Source: Candidatus Zixiibacteriota bacterium (GTDB lineage: Bacteria; Zixibacteria; MSB-5A5; UBA10806; 4484-95). From it: a DNA stretch of 64,000 bases. The DNA lies in contig JBBIRK010000005.1 in assembly GCA_037441845.1 (NCBI GenBank), forward strand, positions 192,001-256,000. The letters are read 5' to 3'. The number at the start of each line of letters is the position of its first letter. Positions within the stretch are counted from its first letter, which is position 1. Below are positions 29,953 to 39,121 of the stretch, piece by piece. The notes below the pieces were generated by a model that was not told the DNA's origin, ran no database searches, and saw nothing but the letters and a program-made list of their open reading frames with translations. The translations under genes and the position numbers were made by a program.

Positions 29953-30531
29953 ATGGGATATTTCAAAGACATAGCCAACGGCATTTATAACCTTCTTCTC
30001 GGGTTGAAAACCACCGGCAAGCAGCTGCCTCAACGGGCGGTCACCCTGCAGTATCCCAAGGAAAAGATGCCGATGTTCGAAAGATCGCGCGGCATCGTGG
30101 TGCTGCTTTCCGACCCGGAAACCGGCGAGTTGAATTGCACCGCCTGCATGCTTTGCGCCAAGGCCTGCCCGGTGGCGGCCATAACCATAACCCAGGCGAA
30201 AGATCCGGTCACGAATAAGCGATATCCCAAGACCTTCGAAGTGAATAATCTGATATGTTGTTTTTGCGGGCTCTGTGAGGAGGCTTGCAATTTCGATGCT
30301 ATAAAATTGGCTGGCAAGTACGAATTCGCCACAGCCGACAAGCAAAGCCTGGTGTTTGATTTGGCCAAATTGCAGGAGCTCGGCCGCGATGTCAAATACG
30401 AAAAGAAGCGTAAGGCCGTCGCCAAAAAACCCGCCGCTAAAATCGAGCCGAAAGAGAAAGCCGCCGCCGCGGCTCCCAACCCCGAGCCACCGGCGCCTGA
30501 CTCAGCCGACGGATCCGGAGATACGTTATGA
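29953..30531 (+). CDS. nuoI: Complex I subunit I with a low-complexity C-terminal tail
   Basis: VTLQYP, CTACMLCAKACP, CCFCGLCEEAC. Confidence 0.93.
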   Translation: MGYFKDIANGIYNLLLGLKTTGKQLPQRAVTLQYPKEKMPMFERSRGIVVLLSDPETGELNCTACMLCAKACPVAAITITQAKDPVTNKRYPKTFEVNNLICCFCGLCEEACNFDAIKLAGKYEFATADKQSLVFDLAKLQELGRDVKYEKKRKAVAKKPAAKIEPKEKAAAAAPNPEPPAPDSADGSGDTL

Positions 30532-31028
30532 ACGCGTTTATATTTTATCTATTGGCCGTTATCGCTTCGGTTTCCGCATTCAGGGTCGTGACCGCCAGAA
30601 ATGTTTTCCATTCGGCGTTGTTTTTGGTGCTGACTCTGTTTTCGGTCGCCGGAATCTACATTTTGCTCGGCGCGGAATTCCTGGCCGGTGTGCAGGTGCT
30701 GATTTATGTGGGGGCGATAACTATCTTGATCATTTTCGCCGTTATGCTCACCCATCAGATATCGAATAAAAGCATCAGGCAGACGAACGAACAGGTTTTC
30801 CCGGCGGTTTTAATAGTGCTGATATTTTTCGTCATGAGCATTATCAGCCTGTTTTTGACCTTCTGGCCTATGGCAACCGCCGAAGCAGGCTCGGATAACA
30901 TTTTCCGAATAGGGCAATTGCTCATGACCACGTACGTAATACCATTCGAAGTCATATCGATCGTATTACTGGTCGCCCTTATCGGCGCCATCGTCATCTC
31001 CCGACGTGAAAAAAGGAGCGGCGATTGA
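30528..31028 (+). CDS. nuoJ: Complex I subunit J
   Basis: AEFLAGVQVLIYVGAI, PFEVISIVLL. Confidence 0.93.
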   Translation: MNAFIFYLLAVIASVSAFRVVTARNVFHSALFLVLTLFSVAGIYILLGAEFLAGVQVLIYVGAITILIIFAVMLTHQISNKSIRQTNEQVFPAVLIVLIFFVMSIISLFLTFWPMATAEAGSDNIFRIGQLLMTTYVIPFEVISIVLLVALIGAIVISRREKRSGD

Positions 31029-31342
31029 TGGGACAGCTTTCACTATATCATTTTCTTGCATTGGGCGCGGTCCTTTTCGCTTTGGGCGTTTTCGGCCTGC
31101 TGACACGCCGCAACGCAATCGGCATCTTGATGGCTATCGAACTGCTGTTCAACGCGGCCGCAATCAATTTCGTGGCTTTTGCCAAATACGTCGATCCGAA
31201 CGGCTTGGCCGGGCAGGCATTCGCCATCTTCATAATCACCGTGGCCGCGGCCGAGGCAGCCGTTGGCCTGGCCATAGTGATGCTCATATATCGCAATTTC
31301 CGGGGAATCGAAGTCGATAAAATCAATTTCATGAAATGGTAA
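31028..31342 (+). CDS. nuoK: Complex I subunit K
   Basis: RRNAI..IELLFNA, VAAAEAAVGLA. Confidence 0.95.
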   Translation: MGQLSLYHFLALGAVLFALGVFGLLTRRNAIGILMAIELLFNAAAINFVAFAKYVDPNGLAGQAFAIFIITVAAAEAAVGLAIVMLIYRNFRGIEVDKINFMKW

Positions 31343-31348
31343 ACGGGT

Positions 31349-33283
31349 ATGATTCATAATGGCTGGCTGATTCCGCTGTTTCCTCTGATTTCGTTCTTGA
31401 TGATCGTGTTCGTCCTCAAGAAGAATCAGAAGGCATCGAGCTATTTCGCTATAGCGATGGTGCTGATCTCGCTGGTCCTCTCTTTTATCCTGTTTATCGA
31501 GATGCTGGCCGATGGTCATGCGTACCACAAGTTCGTAAACTGGTTGTCTTGGTCTGATTTCGAACTTCCCATGGGGATATTTATCGATCCGTTGACGGCG
31601 GTGATGCTGATCGTGGTCACGATCGTATCGTCGCTGGTACATATCTACTCGCTCGGCTATATGCACGGCGACCCGCGGTTTTCCAGATTTTACGCTTATT
31701 TGTCGCTGTTCACGTTTTCGATGCTCGGGCTGGTAGTGGCCGGGTCGTATGTTTTGATTCTGGTTTTCTGGGAATTGGTGGGGCTGACATCGTACCTATT
31801 GATCGGATTCTGGTTCGAAAAAAAGATAGCCGCCGACGCCGGCAAAAAGGCTTTCGTCACCACCAAACTCGCCGATCTCGGTTTTTTGCTTGGCCTGATG
31901 CTGTTGCTTTTTGCGGCCCACACGGCCAGTATCCCCGAGTTGAACGAATTGATCGAATCCGGGCATGCGCCGATGACTTTGATAGGGATCGCCGGAATTT
32001 TGATGTTTATGGGGGCTTGCGGCAAATCGGCGCAGTTTCCGTTCCACGTTTGGCTGCCCGATGCGATGGAGGGTCCGACTCCGGTCTCGGCGTTGATTCA
32101 TGCGGCAACAATGGTTGCCGCGGGCGTATATCTGACCGCGCGGATGATGGGGATTATTCTCGTTTCGGAGGCCATGGCGACCGTGGTGGCGACGATCGGC
32201 GCCATAACCGCGGTGATGGCGGCATCGATAGGTCTGGTGCAAAACGATATCAAGAGAATACTTGCATATTCCACCGTTTCCCAGCTCGGCTATATGATCA
32301 TGGCGCTCGGTTTGGGGGGATATACCGCCGGCAGTTTTCATCTTTTTACCCATGCATTTTTCAAGGCTCTCTTATTTCTGGGCGCCGGCTCGGTAATCCA
32401 TGCGGTTCACACCAATAATATCCAGGAAATGGGCGGCCTTCACGGCAAAATGAAGATAACCTCGATTACTTTTCTTATCGCCTCGCTGTCGATCGCCGGT
32501 ATATTTCCGTTGTCGGGATTCTGGTCGAAAGACGAAATTTTCGCGGTGGCCTACGATGGCGGCCACTATTTTTTCCTTGCCGCCGGTATCGCCGCCGCAT
32601 TCATGACCGCATTCTATATGTTCAGGCTATATTTCCTGACTTTCACGGGGACGCCGCGCGACCGCCATGCCTACGACCATGCCCATGAATCGCCGCTCAA
32701 CATGACGATCCCGTTGATGATATTGGCTGTTCTGTCCGTCTGCGCCGGTTGGTGGGGGATTCCCTGGCTCGAGCATGGCTATGGCAGTTTCGTGAAATTC
32801 GGTCATCACGCCCATCACGCCGAGCCGAATATCGCCCTGATGGCGGGATCGCTTTTGGTGGCGGGTTCCGGCATAGGTTTCGCCTATTTGGTTTATCGAA
32901 AAAAAGTGATCTCCGCCGAGGCTATCGGAGCGCGTTTCAAGCCGCTGTATAAGCTGCTTTACAACAAATATTATTTCGACGAGTTATACATGGCGGCCAT
33001 CGTCAATCCGACCTATAAAATAACCGAGATATTCTTCCGATTCGACCAGGTCGTTATCGACGGGATCGTGAACGGCGCCGCCAAGCTCACGCTATGGTGG
33101 TCATGGGCGAAAGAGAGATTCGACACCTATGTAATCGACGGCGCCGTGAACGGGGCAGGTTATCTTTCCCTGGCTATCGGGCGCGTTTTGCGCAGGACTC
33201 AAACCGGCCAACTTCAAACCTACGCTTTGGTGGTGTTCATAGGCGCGGTGATATTGATATTCATGAAATTTATCCGAATTTGA
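31349..33283 (+). CDS. nuoL: Complex I subunit L
   Basis: WELVG, GKSAQFP, WLPDAMEGPTPVSALIHAATMV, HAFFKALLF, GFWSKD. Confidence 0.96.
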   Translation: MIHNGWLIPLFPLISFLMIVFVLKKNQKASSYFAIAMVLISLVLSFILFIEMLADGHAYHKFVNWLSWSDFELPMGIFIDPLTAVMLIVVTIVSSLVHIYSLGYMHGDPRFSRFYAYLSLFTFSMLGLVVAGSYVLILVFWELVGLTSYLLIGFWFEKKIAADAGKKAFVTTKLADLGFLLGLMLLLFAAHTASIPELNELIESGHAPMTLIGIAGILMFMGACGKSAQFPFHVWLPDAMEGPTPVSALIHAATMVAAGVYLTARMMGIILVSEAMATVVATIGAITAVMAASIGLVQNDIKRILAYSTVSQLGYMIMALGLGGYTAGSFHLFTHAFFKALLFLGAGSVIHAVHTNNIQEMGGLHGKMKITSITFLIASLSIAGIFPLSGFWSKDEIFAVAYDGGHYFFLAAGIAAAFMTAFYMFRLYFLTFTGTPRDRHAYDHAHESPLNMTIPLMILAVLSVCAGWWGIPWLEHGYGSFVKFGHHAHHAEPNIALMAGSLLVAGSGIGFAYLVYRKKVISAEAIGARFKPLYKLLYNKYYFDELYMAAIVNPTYKITEIFFRFDQVVIDGIVNGAAKLTLWWSWAKERFDTYVIDGAVNGAGYLSLAIGRVLRRTQTGQLQTYALVVFIGAVILIFMKFIRI

Positions 33284-33293
33284 GGAGGAGCAA

Positions 33294-34766
33294 GTGGGCT
33301 TTCCAATACTTAGTTTTCTGACTTTCTTCCCGTTGCTGGGAGTGATCGCGGTATTGCTTCTGCGCAGAACCGATATCGGGCTTATTCGCTGGACCGCCGC
33401 TTTTTTCTCGTTCGTGCCGCTTGTGGCCTCGATTTTTCTGGTAGCCGGATACGACACCTCCACTTCGGCCATTCAATTCATAGAGCGCCACGCCTGGTTT
33501 CCTCAGATCAACGTTACTTACTATCTGGGCGCCGACGGCCTTTCCGTGCCGATGTTGTTCTTGACAGCGCTGTTGTCGTTTATATCGATAATCGCCTCGT
33601 TCGGGATCAAGGAGAGAGTAAAAGAGTATTTCGCCTGGTTCTTGTTGCTTGAAGTCGGAATGATGGGCGTATTTTGTGCTCTCGATTTCTTCCTCTTTTA
33701 TATTTTCTGGGAAATAATGCTGGTGCCGATGTATTTCCTTATCGGCGTTTGGGGAGGTCCGCGACGGGAATACGCTGCGATAAAGTTTTTCCTGTATACG
33801 CTTTTCGGCTCGCTTTTCATGTTGGTGGCCATTTTAGCCCTGTATTTCACCACCGGCACGCTGGATATGATGGAGCTGATTGCAAAAAACGCCATGTACG
33901 GACATTCGTTTCAGCTCTGGGTATTTGCTGCTTTTTTCATCGCTTTCGCCATAAAAGTTCCTGTCTGGCCGTTCCATACTTGGTTACCCGACGCTCACGT
34001 TGAGGCACCGACGGCGGTTTCGGTGATCCTGGCGGGTATTCTTCTGAAAATGGGAACTTACGGCATCTTACGCGTCAACTTTCCGATGTTTCCCGAGGCG
34101 ACCAAATACTTCTCGATACCGATAGCTATCCTCGGCTTGATAGGCATTATTTACGGCGCACTCGTCTCGATGGCGCAGAAAGATTTGAAAAAGCTGGTGG
34201 CTTACTCGTCCGTTTCGCACATGGGCTACTGTATGCTCGGCATGGCGGCCATAACCACGGTCGGCGTCAGCGGCTGCCTGTTCCAGATGTTTTCGCACGG
34301 GGTAATCACGGGCGCTTTGTTTTTACTGGTCGGCGTGATTTATGACCGCGCCCATACCCGCGAGATAGCCGCTTTCGGTGGTTTGGGAGCGAAATTGCCG
34401 GTTTACACCGGCATCTTCACCTTATTCGGAATGGCGTCATTAGGTTTACCCGGCATGTCCGGATTCGTCGCCGAATTCATGGTGTTCGTCGGATCGTTCA
34501 ATTCCCCGTTCATCGAGCGCTGGATAGTGATCCTGGCCGTGCTGGGCGTGATCTTGACGGCCGGATACATACTGCGGATGATCCAAAAAATGTTTTTGGG
34601 CCAGTTCAACACCAAATGGGAAAATCTGACGGATATAAACGGCCGCGAGATTTTCACCGTATTCCCGCTGGCGGTTTTTACGCTTTTGATAGGAATCTGG
34701 CCGAACTCGTTGAATGTGTTTCTGAAGGCGACGGTCGAAAATCTGGTGAAAATTTTCGGCAACTGA
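33294..34766 (+). CDS. nuoM: Complex I subunit M (GTG start)
   Basis: FWEIMLVPMY, HTWLPDAHVEAP, LKMGTYG, AYSSVSHMG. Confidence 0.96.
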   Translation: MGFPILSFLTFFPLLGVIAVLLLRRTDIGLIRWTAAFFSFVPLVASIFLVAGYDTSTSAIQFIERHAWFPQINVTYYLGADGLSVPMLFLTALLSFISIIASFGIKERVKEYFAWFLLLEVGMMGVFCALDFFLFYIFWEIMLVPMYFLIGVWGGPRREYAAIKFFLYTLFGSLFMLVAILALYFTTGTLDMMELIAKNAMYGHSFQLWVFAAFFIAFAIKVPVWPFHTWLPDAHVEAPTAVSVILAGILLKMGTYGILRVNFPMFPEATKYFSIPIAILGLIGIIYGALVSMAQKDLKKLVAYSSVSHMGYCMLGMAAITTVGVSGCLFQMFSHGVITGALFLLVGVIYDRAHTREIAAFGGLGAKLPVYTGIFTLFGMASLGLPGMSGFVAEFMVFVGSFNSPFIERWIVILAVLGVILTAGYILRMIQKMFLGQFNTKWENLTDINGREIFTVFPLAVFTLLIGIWPNSLNVFLKATVENLVKIFGN

Positions 34767-34776
34767 TAGAGGCGAA

Positions 34777-35370
34777 GTGGAAAACAAACAAACGATTTTA
34801 TTTCTCACTCATATCTACCCGCGTTACGATAAGGATTATATTGCGCCTTTCGTGGGCATCCTGGCCGAACATCTCGTTCCCTATTACGATATTGTGGTCC
34901 TGTGTCCGCGCCATCCCCGGGCGACTTCCGAGCGTAACGGTGTGGCGTTCGAATACTTTAAATACTCTATCAAGAAGTGGGAAAAACTTTCTTACACCGG
35001 CAACTTGTTCGCCAAGGTGAGAGGGTTCAGGCCGCACTACCAATTATTGACAATCTGTTTTTTGCTTTGCTATTTGATCAAGGCCATTTCGGTCATAAAA
35101 CGCCGTCGACCGATTTTGATCCACAGTCATTGGTTCGTGCCGTCCGGTTTGGTCGGACATCTCGCCTCGATTCTTACCGGCTTGCCGCACGTGGTCACGG
35201 TTTACAGCGATTCCTTTTTAATCGCCAAAAACCGACTCCTACGTTATTTGGCGAAAATGATTTTCGGGCGGGCAGGGGCGGTGGTCGCAATATCTAAAAG
35301 CGTGAAAGAATACGTCGCTCCCGTATACGCGGAGCCGAGGATAATTTACCCATGCAGCCGCGTATTTTGA
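34777..35370 (+). CDS. GT4 glycosyltransferase, N-terminal (acceptor) domain only
   Basis: LFLTHIYPR, IHSHWFVPSG, PHVVTV, VVAISK; stops where the interdomain linker would begin. Confidence 0.75.
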   Translation: MENKQTILFLTHIYPRYDKDYIAPFVGILAEHLVPYYDIVVLCPRHPRATSERNGVAFEYFKYSIKKWEKLSYTGNLFAKVRGFRPHYQLLTICFLLCYLIKAISVIKRRRPILIHSHWFVPSGLVGHLASILTGLPHVVTVYSDSFLIAKNRLLRYLAKMIFGRAGAVVAISKSVKEYVAPVYAEPRIIYPCSRVF

Positions 35371-35921
35371 GTGTCGGACGGTTGGTGCCTCGCAAGGGGC
35401 ACTCATACCTTATCGATGCCGTCGCCCGGCTGGTTGCCAAGGGTCGCTCTCTGAAATTGGTTATTGTCGGCTATGGACCGCTTAAAGACGAACTGATCGC
35501 ACGAGGCAAGGGTATCGACCTGGAAATAAAAGAAGCCATATCCGAAGAGGAGCTTAACGAAGAATACAAGGCGGCCGATATCTTCGTTTTGCCCTCGATC
35601 ACCGATGAACAGGGGGAAAAAGAAGGACTCGGATTGGTTTCGCTCGAAGCCATCTCGTTCGGCGTTCCGGTAGTGGCTTTCGACAACGGCGGTATCGGCG
35701 AAGTGATAATCGACGGAAAGACCGGCTTGCTTGTCGCGGAGAAAGATACCGAAGGATTGGCGGCGGCGATCGAAAAACTGCTCGATGATCGAAAGTTGGG
35801 TGACGACCTCACCGCCGCAGCGATGGAATATGCGAAAAAAAATTTCGCCGCAACAGTGCTTGCGCGCCAGCAGGCCGAAATATATCAGGAACTGATCGAA
35901 AACAAGGCAGCTGTTCGTTGA
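35352..35921 (+). CDS. GT4 glycosyltransferase, C-terminal (nucleotide-sugar) domain only
   Basis: ILSVGRLVPRKG, VGYGP, DIFVLPS, EGLGLVSLEA (EX7E), GGIGEVIIDGKTGLL. Confidence 0.85.
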   Translation: MQPRILSVGRLVPRKGHSYLIDAVARLVAKGRSLKLVIVGYGPLKDELIARGKGIDLEIKEAISEEELNEEYKAADIFVLPSITDEQGEKEGLGLVSLEAISFGVPVVAFDNGGIGEVIIDGKTGLLVAEKDTEGLAAAIEKLLDDRKLGDDLTAAAMEYAKKNFAATVLARQQAEIYQELIENKAAVR

Positions 35922-35926
35922 AATGA

Positions 35927-37366
35927 ATGGTAGATAATATGGATTACAGGTTGATCGCACCCGAAGTCGTGCTTTTCGTTTGGTCGCTATTTATTTTATT
36001 TCTGGGCCTATGGGCAAATGATCGTAATCATCGCCTTGTAGGATTCATGAGCCTGATCGGCCTGGTGATCGTGCTGTGGTTGGCGGCGGCCACCCCCGAC
36101 GGCAAATTTTTCGGCGATACGTTCATCTCCGATTCATACTCGAGAGCGTTCAAGACGGTTATGCTGCTGTCGGCGATACTGACGATCATCATCTCCATGG
36201 ATTTCGCCTCGACCCGTCTGATAAATCGCGCAGAATATTACGGTATCATTTTGATGTGCACGACCGGCATGATGTTTCTGTCATCGGCAGGCGAATTGAT
36301 TTCGCTATACGTGGCGCTCGAATTATCGACGATTTCTCTTTATATTCTGGCCTCGTTCATGAAAAAAGACTTGAAATCTACGGAAGCAGGATTGAAATAC
36401 TTGATACTCGGGGCGGCATCGTCGGGAATATTGCTGTATGGTCTGTCGCTGATTTACGGCCTTACCGGAACGACCGTAATCGATGATATAAGTTACCGTC
36501 TCGTGCTCGGTCCCGGAACCTCCTTGGCGATGATATTCGCGATCGTGATGTTCTTGGCGGGTTTCGGATTCAAGCTGGCGGCGGCGCCGTTTCATATGTG
36601 GGCACCCGACGTTTACGAGGGAGCTCCGACACCGATAACCGCCTATCTGTCGGTGGCCTCGAAAGCCGCCGGTTTGGTGGCGTTCGTGCGGATATTTTTC
36701 GATTCCCTCTTCATCGTGCGGGCAGAATGGGTGGTGATGATCGAGGTTCTGGCGGTGCTGGCGATGATAGTCGGGAACGTGGTTGCACTTTTGCAGAAAA
36801 ATATCAAACGTATGCTCGCCTATTCATCGATCGCTCAGGTGGGTTACGTATTGGTGGCGATCGCCGCCGGAATCGACTTGTCGATCGGATCGATGATGAT
36901 ATTTCTATTGGCATATCTGTTCGCCAATGTCGGCGCTTTCACCGTAGTAATCGGGATAACCAATTTCACCCGTTCCGACAATATCGAAGATTTCAGCGGC
37001 CTCTGGAAACGCAGCCCTTCGACCGCCGTGTTCATGACCATTTTCATGCTTTCGCTGGTGGGTATCCCTCTGACCGGTGGTTTTATCGGCAAATACTTCC
37101 TTTTCGGAGCGGCCGTGAAAGAGGGCCTCTATGGCATCGTCATCGTGGCGGTTCTCACTTCGGTGATATCGCTTTTTTACTACATGAACGTCGTCCGCGT
37201 GATGATGTTTCTGCCGCCTAAATCGAACGATAAAATTCCGATTTCGAATCTCATCCGTTTCGGATTGCTGCTCAGCGCGGCCATGGTGTTAATAATCGGT
37301 ATCCTGCCCGATCTTTTCTATAGATGGGGCATGAGCGCCGCAGCCCCGTTCAAATTTCTACCATAA
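35927..37366 (+). CDS. nuoN: Complex I subunit N
   Basis: EAGLKY, FKLAAAPFHMWAPDVYEGAPTP, KRMLAYSSIAQ, GFIGKY. Confidence 0.96.
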   Translation: MVDNMDYRLIAPEVVLFVWSLFILFLGLWANDRNHRLVGFMSLIGLVIVLWLAAATPDGKFFGDTFISDSYSRAFKTVMLLSAILTIIISMDFASTRLINRAEYYGIILMCTTGMMFLSSAGELISLYVALELSTISLYILASFMKKDLKSTEAGLKYLILGAASSGILLYGLSLIYGLTGTTVIDDISYRLVLGPGTSLAMIFAIVMFLAGFGFKLAAAPFHMWAPDVYEGAPTPITAYLSVASKAAGLVAFVRIFFDSLFIVRAEWVVMIEVLAVLAMIVGNVVALLQKNIKRMLAYSSIAQVGYVLVAIAAGIDLSIGSMMIFLLAYLFANVGAFTVVIGITNFTRSDNIEDFSGLWKRSPSTAVFMTIFMLSLVGIPLTGGFIGKYFLFGAAVKEGLYGIVIVAVLTSVISLFYYMNVVRVMMFLPPKSNDKIPISNLIRFGLLLSAAMVLIIGILPDLFYRWGMSAAAPFKFLP

Positions 37367-37489
37367 CAACCGCTTTGGCCGATATCAATGCTTACTCAGG
37401 TATCGCCAGGTTGTCATCATTGATACCGACTTTAAGCTGCCTGCAGGCATACCGATGATTACTCGCTGTCGGTTTCATTCCTTTTCAGG

Positions 37490-37518
37490 TTGACAGGTAT
37501 CGGTCGATAAATGATAAT
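37490..37518 (+). promoter_or_regulatory. Sigma70 promoter, probably leaderless
   Basis: TTGACA-17-GATAAT; ATG at 37525 lies at the expected +1. Confidence 0.6.
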
Positions 37519-37524
37519 AGAACC

Positions 37525-38181
37525 ATGAGCAGACGCCGTAGTTTAAGCGATATATTCCGCGGTATTTTCGTTTCGGGAATACTGGTCATCGTCCCGCTGA
37601 TACTGACTTTCATTTTACTGAGATTGCTTGTCGAATCGGCTGACGGTTGGGTTAAACCGATAATCATAAAGATCTTCGGTCAGCCGCTCGATTTTCCTTT
37701 CGCCGGCATAATTATCACATTGGCGTTGATTTTTTTCGCAGGGATTTTGGCCGCCAATGTTTTCGGCAACTGGCTTATCCGCTTATGGGAATTGGCCCTA
37801 TTGCGGATTCCATTCGTAAATTTTATTTACGGTTCGGCCAAGCAATTCATACAGGCGCTGGCCTTGCCCCAGAAAAAAGCTTTCAAGTCGGTCGTGCTCG
37901 TCGAATATCCGCGAGCCGGCATTTATGCGATCGGATTTCTTTCCAGCCAGACATCAATATGGACGGCCGAAGGCAAGAAAGATTACCTAGTGGTATTCAT
38001 ACCGAATACGCCGACCCCGTTTACGGGGATGCCGATACTTTTTCCTAAAGAGACGGTGGTTGAATTAGATCTGCCGATAGAGGAAGGGATCAAGCTGGTG
38101 GTATCGGGCGGGATAATTACGCCGGCCGCGATAAATCCACTTAAATCCGACAAATCGGAACGGATGATCCAATCGCCCTAA
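37525..38181 (+). CDS. DUF502 membrane protein
   Basis: GILVIVP, RIPFVNFIY, VVLVEYPR, VFIPNTPTPFTG, VSGG. Confidence 0.85.
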   Translation: MSRRRSLSDIFRGIFVSGILVIVPLILTFILLRLLVESADGWVKPIIIKIFGQPLDFPFAGIIITLALIFFAGILAANVFGNWLIRLWELALLRIPFVNFIYGSAKQFIQALALPQKKAFKSVVLVEYPRAGIYAIGFLSSQTSIWTAEGKKDYLVVFIPNTPTPFTGMPILFPKETVVELDLPIEEGIKLVVSGGIITPAAINPLKSDKSERMIQSP

Positions 38182-38217
38182 GATACAAGCGCAAATGAAT
38201 CACCTTAGGAAAGAGCG

Positions 38218-39120
38218 ATGAATCTCAGCAAAATTTTCGATCCCGATCTAATCAAACTTGACCTTCAGGCCTCCTCAAGAGAAGCCGCAGTGGAAACTTT
38301 GGTCGATATGTTCTGCAGCAAATATCCGAATATCAACCGGCAGGAAGTGATCGCCGCTATAAATGAACGGGAAAAGCTCGGCTCCACCTCAATGGGCCGT
38401 GGAGTCGCTTTCCCCCATGCCAGGACAGATCTCGTTACCGGCCTTCATGTGGTCCTGGGCATCTGCCGCACGCCGATCGCCGCGGAAACACCCGACGGTA
38501 AGCCGTTACAGTTGATTTTTTTATTGCTGACGCCCCGCAACATCTCGAAGGTCTATCTGCAAAGTTTATCCGGCCTGGCCAATTTGTCAAGACGACCTGA
38601 AACCCTGCCCTCGTTGCTTGCCGCCTCCGACAGCCGTGAGGTGATAGAGATCATCCACCGGGCGTCGATAGCGGTCGAGCCGATAATCATGGCCGGAGAT
38701 ATAATGACCGCTGATCCGATAACCATCAAACGTGACAACACGATAAGAGAAGCCGTTAATATAATGTTCAAGCATAAAATCAGCGGACTTCCGGTGGTAT
38801 CCGAAAACGGCCGATTGGAGGGTGAAATCACCCTGCAGGATATTATCCGTTTCGCACTTGAAAAATATGCTACATCATCTTCCAATGCAGGCGAATCGGC
38901 GTCACGAACCTACGACGAGATTATGCAGAAGTCGAACACTATCCCGGTCGAGCAGGTGATGAGTGGCAATCCGTTGACGATCGAAATTCACGCTCCCCTG
39001 AGGGATGTCGCTCAGGCGATACTCAACAGCAACCGCGGGCGGGCTATGGTCATTTCTGATGGGAATCTTCGTGGAATCATCACTTTGACCGATATCGTAA
39101 TCAAGATAATTAGAGGCTGA
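38218..39120 (+). CDS. PTS EIIA (Ntr/Fru-type) domain fused to a CBS pair
   Basis: EREKLGSTSMGRGVAFPHAR (phospho-His), then DIMTADP..SGLPVV..GIITLTDI. Confidence 0.85.
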   Translation: MNLSKIFDPDLIKLDLQASSREAAVETLVDMFCSKYPNINRQEVIAAINEREKLGSTSMGRGVAFPHARTDLVTGLHVVLGICRTPIAAETPDGKPLQLIFLLLTPRNISKVYLQSLSGLANLSRRPETLPSLLAASDSREVIEIIHRASIAVEPIIMAGDIMTADPITIKRDNTIREAVNIMFKHKISGLPVVSENGRLEGEITLQDIIRFALEKYATSSSNAGESASRTYDEIMQKSNTIPVEQVMSGNPLTIEIHAPLRDVAQAILNSNRGRAMVISDGNLRGIITLTDIVIKIIRG

Positions 39121-39121
39121 A

